A program made the translations under genes and the position numbers. Shown piece by piece: positions 8,918-16,700 of a stretch of 40,339 bases of DNA. The DNA comes from a virus (taxonomy: Duplodnaviria > Caudoviricetes), in the IMG/VR virus record IMGVR_UViG_3300022074_000117, positions 1-40,339 of that record. One strand, given 5' to 3'. Positions within the stretch are counted from its first letter, which is position 1. The number at the start of each line of letters is the position of its first letter. Below the pieces are notes generated by a model. It saw only the letters and a list, made by a program, of their open reading frames with translations, did not search any database and was not told where the DNA came from.

Positions 8918-9216
8918 CAGAACTCACCACCATCAAGATTGTCTATCTGTAAATCACCTAAATTTAATTCACCCTCTAACTGAGTGACGAAATCATCTGG
9001 GATATCACCATCTGCTACAGTATCGGATAAGTATTCATCGGGAGATATCAAAACAAAACTATTTGATGCTGAGTCAAAACTCAGTAGATGCCCATCTACC
9101 GACGCATCCGGTGCGCCAGTGATATTTACATCAGATAATTCTTCCAGATTAGACACTGGTTTTACTGACTGAACTGATCTCGTTCTTGTGGTCTTTTTAG
9201 TTACTATTCTAGCCAT
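8917..9216 (-). CDS. Small fibre-associated protein ending LDGGEF
   Basis: 99 aa; LEELSDVNI...DGHLLSFD phage-fibre-type motif; late box at 9234-9239. Confidence 0.8.
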   Translation of the reverse strand: MARIVTKKTTRTRSVQSVKPVSNLEELSDVNITGAPDASVDGHLLSFDSASNSFVLISPDEYLSDTVADGDIPDDFVTQLEGELNLGDLQIDNLDGGEF

Positions 9217-9233
9217 GGAACGGATTTTATTTT

Positions 9234-9239
9234 TATTTA
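9234..9239 (-). promoter_or_regulatory. Late promoter box TAAATA overlapping a stop codon
   Basis: The TAA of 9237..9572 forms the first half of the box. Confidence 0.65.
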
Positions 9240-9572
9240 TGAGGTAGTGATACCAGGAGTGACTAATGCCATTCCTTCAACTAGTCTTGATACTTTTCCT
9301 GCTGATGAAACTAATCTTACGTCATATACATATCTTCCTGGAGTCAAATCGACCGTCTTTCCACTTGTCATGGCAATTGCAACAGTTCCAGTATTACCAG
9401 TGATGGTAACCGAAAATGGTGTAGACGAAGAAGCGCCAGAATGTTTTTTCAGAATAGAAGAAGCAGTAAATCCTGCCAGGTTACTGGTAGTTCCATTAGC
9501 CTCAGTTGATTGGAAGGTTTCTTCAAAATCAAAACCTTGTGATATTACTATATTAAGTACTGGATTTGACAT
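9237..9572 (-). CDS. Small Ig-like virion protein (BppU-N-like putative fibre adaptor)
   Basis: 111 aa. NIVISQGFDFEETF...LAGFTASSILKK...LTPGRYVYDVRL...RLVEGMALVTPGIT is a pattern typical of phage beta-sandwich adaptor proteins. Confidence 0.7.
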   Translation of the reverse strand: MSNPVLNIVISQGFDFEETFQSTEANGTTSNLAGFTASSILKKHSGASSSTPFSVTITGNTGTVAIAMTSGKTVDLTPGRYVYDVRLVSSAGKVSRLVEGMALVTPGITTS

Positions 9573-9585
9573 CTTCCGTTTCTAG

Positions 9586-10002
9586 TTATTTATCCGAATC
9601 ATTCATTCCTTTTAACATCTTTGCTAAGTCTGCAGTAGATCCTACAAAGAGTGCATTATTAACTGTTGATGGTCCTTTATGAGAATCTTCCTCAACATCC
9701 TTTAATTTTTTCTGTAATTCCATTAATTTATCTGTGGCATCAGCAACATTTTTAATCAACTGTCCAGCAACCTCATATGCTCTAGGCATCTCACTTTCTT
9801 GAGCGATTTCAAGTATACCATTTATCGCCTCTTGACCTTTCTCTATAATACTATACAAATTTCCTCGTGTATAATCATAATCTTTTTTAATATCATCAGA
9901 AGTTTTTTTAATATCTTCTATTTTACTTTTGACAACTTCAGTATGAACAATGTCATCTTCAACATTAAATTCGTTATTTAAACTATCAAATTTATTTTTC
10001 AT
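9586..10002 (-). CDS. gp16: Terminase small subunit (start revised to MKNKFDSL, 138 aa)
   Basis: KDYDYTRGNLYSIIEKGQEAINGILEIAQESEMPRAYEVAGQLIK...NNALFVGSTADLAKML; follows gp15. The ATG at 10002 lies 1 nt after the gp15 stop. Confidence 0.92.
   Translation of the reverse strand: MKNKFDSLNNEFNVEDDIVHTEVVKSKIEDIKKTSDDIKKDYDYTRGNLYSIIEKGQEAINGILEIAQESEMPRAYEVAGQLIKNVADATDKLMELQKKLKDVEEDSHKGPSTVNNALFVGSTADLAKMLKGMNDSDK
9587..9592 (-). promoter_or_regulatory. Late promoter box TAAATA at the gp16 3' end
   Basis: GAT AAA TAA contains TAAATA, 14 nt upstream of the next ATG. Confidence 0.6.
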
Positions 10003-10003
10003 A

Positions 10004-11005
10004 TCAGAAATAACTTCCACTGAATCCAAAATCATCGCCAACTTCTATCTGAGCATTATCGGCAGAATCTATCACAAACACTGATGCTCCGTTAAGGTGA
10101 TCTGTGATTGTTGTCTTGTCATCTCCCCTTCTCACTGTCAGTTTATTACCGGTGATTGATTTAATAAAGATTTGCTCCTCATCAATATCAATATATGTGT
10201 TAGCAGATAAACCACTTGCATTTGCAACTTCAATAATTTTAGTTGTCTTATCAATATCAACAGTAAGTATGGTTGCTGCATCACCGACATAATTTTTAGT
10301 TGCTCTTGGTATTGCAGAATATGATATCTCTCTTTGTGTATTTGTGGTATCGACTCCGGTGCGATAATTGATAGTAGACTTCTTGATAATATCTTTGGAT
10401 GCAGAAGAAACAGGACCAAAAAGGTAAGTCTTAGCAGTAAATCTTAGAGTATAAAGTAAAACTCTTCTGGAAGAAAAATCTCCTTCATAGTCGTCTTGCA
10501 TTGTGATGTTCTCTAAAACAATCGGAACATCTCTTTTTTCTTTTATAGTTTCTACTAGTTCGATTGTGAGATTATATGCTGGTTGAAAATATGGAAGAAT
10601 CTGTTCAACTATTTGAAGTGCATCATCATTAAGTTTAGTCATGACGCTCAATTCAAACTGCATATTATAAGGAACTGGCATATATGCCTTCTTTACTTCA
10701 GTTCCAGTATCTTTATCTTTTGCTAAAAAGGTTTGGGTGGTTGTTACTTTTCTGCCTGGATCATATGTCAGTCCCGTAAACTCGAACGACATTCTAGGTA
10801 GCGATAAAGAAGTAGATTTATTTAAATCTGGCGATTGTTCTAATCTCGCTAAGAATTTCTGTGTTGGTCCATATGCTAATGGAACTCTGACAACATTTAC
10901 AACGCTATCACTTGTATTTGTTTGTCTAATCTCGATAGAATTGAATAGAGTACCAAACGAAATAATCGTTCTCCTCAAAATTTCGTTGTAAAAATATTCA
11001 AACAT
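10004..11005 (-). CDS. gp15: Tail sheath stabilizer / tail terminator protein
   Basis: YFYNEILRRTIISFGTLFN..VPLAYGPTQKFLARL..LPRMSFE..PVPYN..DDALQIVEQILPYFQP; gene order gp13-gp14-gp15-gp16. Confidence 0.95.
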   Translation of the reverse strand: MFEYFYNEILRRTIISFGTLFNSIEIRQTNTSDSVVNVVRVPLAYGPTQKFLARLEQSPDLNKSTSLSLPRMSFEFTGLTYDPGRKVTTTQTFLAKDKDTGTEVKKAYMPVPYNMQFELSVMTKLNDDALQIVEQILPYFQPAYNLTIELVETIKEKRDVPIVLENITMQDDYEGDFSSRRVLLYTLRFTAKTYLFGPVSSASKDIIKKSTINYRTGVDTTNTQREISYSAIPRATKNYVGDAATILTVDIDKTTKIIEVANASGLSANTYIDIDEEQIFIKSITGNKLTVRRGDDKTTITDHLNGASVFVIDSADNAQIEVGDDFGFSGSYF

Positions 11006-11016
11006 TGCTAAAACCT

Positions 11017-11046
11017 AAAATATCTTGAAGAAGATATTTTTATTTA
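11017..11046 (-). promoter_or_regulatory. Late promoter TAAATA (11041-11046) with an abutting perfect 10-bp hairpin (11017-11040)
   Basis: Minus strand reads TAAATA AAAATATCTT CTTC AAGATATTTT AGGTTTTAGCA ATG. Confidence 0.7.
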
Positions 11047-12504
11047 GGGAATTCCAAAGGGATTACGTTCGGAGAAGTCAATTATCTTATCTGCTTCCGT
11101 TTCTATATCAAAATTATCAGCATATGGATCGTTGTCTGGTTCTTTGTCAATAACTCTTAGAATATGAGATGCACTTGATACCGATCCAACTATAGTTTCT
11201 CCCACAATAAATGTACCATCAACATTTCCTACTTCAAGAACATTGGTTGAATTTGTCCAGATACGTACTCTTGCTGTTGTTCCACTAGTAGAACCCGTGA
11301 TAGTTTCATTAAATATAAACTCTCCAGTTGATCCAATATGAGGATTTCCAATAGTTATTGTTGGTGCCGCACTATACCCAGCACCTGCTTCCATAAATCG
11401 TATTTCAGTAATAGTTCCAGCAGCACTAACTATTGCTGTTGCGGCAGCTGATACAGTAGTCACTCCACTTAAGAAGTTTTCATTACTAAAAGTAATTTCT
11501 GGCGGCACAGTGTATCCCCCACCACCATCCGTAACAGTTATAATTCCAACAACACCATCTCCAATGATTGAAGTAGCAGCTGCTCCAGTTCCTGTTCTTC
11601 CACTAGTCTTTTTGAATTTGACCTTAGGTGGTTCAATATATCCACGACCTGGATTTACAACATCTAATTGTTGAACTGATTGTGCTCCTGGATTTGCATT
11701 AAGATTGCAAAAATTAATTCCACCAATCATCTTGGTCACTGACCCTATTCCAATTATTCCACCTGAAGGAACATTAGAGAGTGTGACAGATGGGATAGAA
11801 AGATATCCAGCTCCTCTATTTGATATAACAAAACTTCTAACTCCACCATTCTGAGGATTTCCAGCAATAGCAGTTGCTGTAACTCCAACTCCAATCATAG
11901 TGAGTGTCTGAGTCGGTCCAATAATTGTAGAAATATTATCATCAGTCAAACCATCAGATTCTCCACCAATTAATACATCATCTATTTCATCATTACCAGT
12001 ATCAATAACCTCGTCTTCATATCGGAACAACTCACAAGTTAGTTCATAAACATAATTTTTTCTCAGTTGATAGAATGGTTTTTCGTGTTCTACAAATTTT
12101 ATTTCAAATAACCTATCACCAAGTGGAAAGTAAATTAGATCACCCTCTTTTGGTCTTGTAGTTAACTTCATATTTTCTTCAAGACTCATTAATGTTGAAA
12201 TATATGTTTCAAATCTTTCCTTAGAAATTATTAAACTTATTTCCTGAGTTTGTTGAATTCCAAATTTAGATAATATTGTAGTATTATCTCCGTATCCGTC
12301 AAAATTATTAACGTATGCTTCTATAGGATACGCTTGATCGAAAGAAGATTGAATTACCTCTCTTATTACACTAGATTCCGTAAGATATTTACGGGGCATA
12401 TAATGTACTTCTACCCCATATATCTTTAGTTGCTCGTTAATAAGATCCTGTACAAGACTTTGTTCTCCCTGAGAACCTTGTAAGAAAAAAGGATTGAGTA
12501 CCAT
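11044..12504 (-). CDS. gp14: Neck (head completion) protein with an internal repeat insertion
   Basis: EQSLVQDLINEQLKIYGVEVHYMPR..RPKEGDLIYFPL..FEIKFVEHEKPFYQL..CELFRY; C-terminus DFSERNPFG. Confidence 0.93.
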   Translation of the reverse strand: MVLNPFFLQGSQGEQSLVQDLINEQLKIYGVEVHYMPRKYLTESSVIREVIQSSFDQAYPIEAYVNNFDGYGDNTTILSKFGIQQTQEISLIISKERFETYISTLMSLEENMKLTTRPKEGDLIYFPLGDRLFEIKFVEHEKPFYQLRKNYVYELTCELFRYEDEVIDTGNDEIDDVLIGGESDGLTDDNISTIIGPTQTLTMIGVGVTATAIAGNPQNGGVRSFVISNRGAGYLSIPSVTLSNVPSGGIIGIGSVTKMIGGINFCNLNANPGAQSVQQLDVVNPGRGYIEPPKVKFKKTSGRTGTGAAATSIIGDGVVGIITVTDGGGGYTVPPEITFSNENFLSGVTTVSAAATAIVSAAGTITEIRFMEAGAGYSAAPTITIGNPHIGSTGEFIFNETITGSTSGTTARVRIWTNSTNVLEVGNVDGTFIVGETIVGSVSSASHILRVIDKEPDNDPYADNFDIETEADKIIDFSERNPFGIP

Positions 12505-13346
12505 TATCCTATCATGTCAAAAGGTGGTAGTTCATAGGTATTCGACATTACCTCTTTAATCTTATCTAATTCTTTTTCTGCGTCATCATATATTTGTCTA
12601 CCATTTAACTCAACTCCACCTGGTAGTTTGACTCCTTGGAACTTAATTAAATTTTGACCCCATTGCCTTTTAATAAGTGCAGTCAGATAACGCTTTAAAA
12701 AAGCATCATTATATACTCTCGGAAAATCATTAGGGTCAACGAGTCTATAGCAATCGATTACAATATAATCATCTACATTAACACTAGCCCAGTCTATATC
12801 CAAATAAAGTCTATCTTGTCTAATATTAAATCTAATTTGTTTTTGTGTGGTCAAAGCAAAATCAATATCTTCAAGATATCTCTTTGTCATTGCATAGGTG
12901 AGTATTTCAGTTGATCCGAAGTAGTAAATATCATTCAAGAATAATTGATATTTAATACTAAACATATTATTTGCTGCGGTATTCGCACCACTAAAATGAA
13001 ATATCTTTGTAACTCCCAATACTTCTGGAGGAACTTGAAGATAATTACTATTTTCTTCGAATGAAAATGTAGTAGAAACGCCGACTGTTGATGTAGCAGT
13101 TGTTGTTACAATTCCAATTGGATTTGATCCACCTCTACCTCTTCCCCTATCAATATCATCTTGAGTGATCTTATACTTCAAGAATGTATTTGTCGTTCCA
13201 TCATAATCACGCTCTTGAAATAACTGAAGTGCATCATCAACTAGGTCATCAAGCTGCTCATCAGCAACATTAATCTCCAATACAGGAGCACCCAATTGCC
13301 TCTTACAGTAATCAATTAATTCCGATCTACTTGCTGGTTTTGCCAT
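12504..13346 (-). CDS. gp13: Neck protein
   Basis: SRSELIDYCKRQLGAPVLEINV..QLDDLVDDALQLF..KRQWGQNLIKFQGVKLPGGVELNGRQIY. Confidence 0.95.
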   Translation of the reverse strand: MAKPASRSELIDYCKRQLGAPVLEINVADEQLDDLVDDALQLFQERDYDGTTNTFLKYKITQDDIDRGRGRGGSNPIGIVTTTATSTVGVSTTFSFEENSNYLQVPPEVLGVTKIFHFSGANTAANNMFSIKYQLFLNDIYYFGSTEILTYAMTKRYLEDIDFALTTQKQIRFNIRQDRLYLDIDWASVNVDDYIVIDCYRLVDPNDFPRVYNDAFLKRYLTALIKRQWGQNLIKFQGVKLPGGVELNGRQIYDDAEKELDKIKEVMSNTYELPPFDMIG

Positions 13347-13368
13347 TTATTCACAAGTTTCCTAAGTG

Positions 13369-13374
13369 TATTTA
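13369..13374 (-). promoter_or_regulatory. Late promoter box TAAATA upstream of gp13
   Basis: Overlaps the TAA of 13372..13554. Confidence 0.7.
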
Positions 13375-13554
13375 GTCGCCGTAAGATAATCCAATAGATT
13401 GCATTGTTTCTTGTTGCTTATAATAAAGTTTGCAGAATGCCTTCGCAATATTCTGAAGTTCCCGTATATCTTTACAAGAATCTATCGTAGAGGCATACTT
13501 TGTATATTCGAAACTTTTTGAAAGATTGTTCAATTGAATTTCATTTGGATCCAT
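13372..13554 (-). CDS. Small helix-loop-helix protein, NblA-like (function unproven)
   Basis: 60 aa; start overlaps the upstream ORF. The L-x3-F...I/V-D...loop...KLY pattern resembles NblA by eye. Confidence 0.6.
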   Translation of the reverse strand: MDPNEIQLNNLSKSFEYTKYASTIDSCKDIRELQNIAKAFCKLYYKQQETMQSIGLSYGD

Positions 13555-13768
13555 TGACTAACTCCTTTAGTAAAGACTTGATGTCATTGATGTCGTTTTT
13601 CATACTAGCAACCTCATCCTCTATATTCTGTATCTTTTCATTCTTTTTGTTCTTTGATTCTCTGGTTGCCATATATTGATCATACTCCACATTATTGACA
13701 TTTACAATATTGTTAGTATTAGGATCTCTTGCGAGATCCTTATGCCCTTTGACCGTGTAGATGTCCAT
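13541..13768 (-). CDS. Small hypothetical protein with C-terminal coiled coil
   Basis: 75 aa; VKGHKDLARDPNTNNIVN..IEDEVASMKNDINDIKSLLKEL; starts 1 nt after the upstream stop. Confidence 0.8.
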   Translation of the reverse strand: MDIYTVKGHKDLARDPNTNNIVNVNNVEYDQYMATRESKNKKNEKIQNIEDEVASMKNDINDIKSLLKELVNGSK

Positions 13769-13769
13769 A

Positions 13770-16700
13770 TTATGCTAATGCCAGTACTCTCAAGTCTCTC
13801 ATTCTAGGAACAAAAATTTGACTTGTCGATGTCATCACAATTTTTATTCTATATGTTCTAAATGTGGGAAGTCTATCTACTTCAAAGACATACTCTTTAA
13901 AGTGACAATCAGTATATCCAAATCCATCTCTATTGGAATGGCTAACAAGTTTATTTGATCTTCCGTCATTATCTTTTTCATCAATTACAAATCCTCTAGA
14001 ATCAATATTTAAGTATCCAGGGAATGGTGTGAATACTGGTTCAGATCCAGAATCATCACTTATTGCATAGAATGCTCTAATATCGGCAGTTGCGCCTATA
14101 TGAGCATCTAACATTACCTTCAGAGAACTTGCTGGATTTTCAATACCAATTTCTTTCGAAATATACTGACATGCTGTTGGATCGGTTCCAACAGTATTTA
14201 CTCTTGAATCGGTAGCATAATCAGAAATCACACTATTAATTCTATTGGATGTTGTAATAATATTACATCTTTGAAGTTCAATTTGTGGAGATAGTTTTGT
14301 GTTAGTGGTATTGAGGAATATTCTCATTTGAAGAGATTTATTACCTTCAATAAAATCGAGTTTTCTATCCTCATTTACTTTGGAGAATAATGCTCTTGGA
14401 GAATCAAGATAGTTATTAGCATTAAGGGTTACATCCTCAAAACCATTGTTTACATATGGTATTTCAGTTCCACTTATACTTTGTGATGTAATTGTTCTAA
14501 TTTGTCCAGAGATAGAAGTCCCTTCAACAGCAATATTATGTATGGATGGTTTAATCATCTCAAATGGTATATTCTGAGTTGCACTAACTGTTTCACCACC
14601 TGTAGATTTACTACCACTAATAAAGAGTTTGGGATACGATAGTCCAGTGGACCTATCTGCATTATTGTTTATACCTAAAGATCCATATTTTTGACTCATA
14701 TCTAATCTGATATGATAAGAATCTAACGCAATCGGATCTAAGACAGAAACATCTTGTAAATCATGAGTTTTATTAACCCTAGACAAATTAACACCACCAA
14801 GTTCGTACTTATACACAGGTGTGTCAATAGGATATGATTTGATCAGGGTATTATTAATACCTCTTGTGATATTACCACCAACAGAAGAACTAGTTGTACT
14901 AGTATATTCAATAACTTCATCTCCAATCAATAATAATCCAGTGTTAGTTGTTCCTATTCCGACATTTTCAAATGTACTAAAGATCGATCCATCTGATACT
15001 TGAATTGGGTCTGTAGATGAAACACTATAAGGCGAAGTTAATTTCACCGGTTTAATATCTGGCAAGACACCAGTAATTCTTACAAAGTTATCAGCAAAGT
15101 ACATTCCATGATTTTTATGGTTTACTTTTATATGTAAACCATCGCTTATACTTGTTATTCCAGTGGATGGTATGATAACATCACCACCAAAAGCACCTCC
15201 ATTAAATGTTCCACTATTAAGTTCTCTTGCCACACCATTAGCATCAAAGAAACTGATAGTTCCTGCTGCACCGGTAATAAATTCTCCCTGAACATTATCG
15301 AGAAGTAATTGTGATGTATGTCCGATTGACGTTAAAGTAAATCTAGCATTTCTTCCAATACTAGCTTCACCAATCGCACTAATGGAAAGAACATCACCAA
15401 CTTGATATCCATTTCCTCCATTACCAGTAATTGTCGCTGCCACTGCAACACCATTTGCTATACTTACTTCAGCAGTTGCACCAGAACCGTCACCTGTAAC
15501 TGTGACAAGACTTACATCTGAGAAAGTATTAGATCCATCTCCAGGAGTATATCCAATACCTGGATTTGTTATAGATAGAGTCCCAGTAGCACTTGCTGCA
15601 ACACCAACTAAATCTCCTGTGGCATTACTTCCTGCCTGAAAGAATGTATTACCAAGTTCATATCTATTATCCGCGAGAGTCGTTCCTAGACCAACACGAA
15701 TTTGATTGGATATTACATTCAGAGGATTGTTTAATAAAGTAGCAATTTGCTTATTACCTCCAGATAACTCTGGACTGTAAAGATCAATAGATCCAGATTC
15801 TACAAACTCTGCCCTATACATGGTAAACTTAAGGTCTTCCCACTGACTCGCTTCCCATGTTGATGCATTTTGGGATTTGAATAGGGATCCTAGTGTTGGT
15901 TGATTGGATATAAAGGTATCCGAGAGAATATCATTTTCTCCAACTCTTGAAATGTAAACACTATATTTTGTTGAGTTTGAAATCAAACAAATTGCATATT
16001 CATTTCCACCTTCAAGATACACTGGTGCTGCAAATTCAAATGTCGTTGATACAGACCCATCAGTTGATGTAAAAACATCTTCTGGATACAAGATAACTTC
16101 AGAAAGATCAAAATATTTTGCAGTCGGAAAACCATCTTTCATGGTTCTAATTTGGAATCTTATAGGAGTATTCCCGTCATCTTTAGTTCTAAAGAATACA
16201 TCACACTTAGTTACGAATACTCCTGTAGCATCCTTAACTTCAAATGATTGTGCTAATGGATCATAATATCCAGTAATTTCTTCGCTGACATCTGCTTGAC
16301 CAATATTTCTAGATGAAACTATCTCTGTTCCAATAGTTCTATTAATTACTTCACTCTGGAAGAGTTTCTTAGATTCTACTCTAGCATTTCTAATTGAAAG
16401 TATTTGATCCTGTAGGGTCTCCAGAAGACCAGAAGTAGCATATGCTTCCTCTGCGACAGTAGTAGCAGCGTTCTGGTCATTATCTGGATTATTTGTCAAA
16501 GTAAATACATTTGTTCCAGTTTCAAAAGTAGGATTATCTCTATTACGAGATTCTGGAATATAGAAACTACCACCAAGTGCTGAAGAATTATCAGATATTA
16601 ATCTAAGATTTACTACCTCTGCTGTAGCACCACTACTGACTCCTTTCAGAGTCATACCTGGTGTTACATATCCATAATACTCACCTTGTGGTTGATTTGA

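Noticed and set aside
111-9585. Plus-strand ORFs such as 111..479, 492..686, 826..1185, 1289..1978, 3935..4183, 6848..7243 and 9247..9585
   Set aside because: They are antisense shadows of minus-strand genes; G/T/S/A/V-rich codon usage leaves few stops on the opposite strand. No recognisable products or translation signals.
10003-10041. Longer gp16 start (MAMILDSV...) given by the ORF track
   Set aside because: It overlaps the gp15 3' end. The ATG at 10002 directly follows the gp15 stop and fits better.
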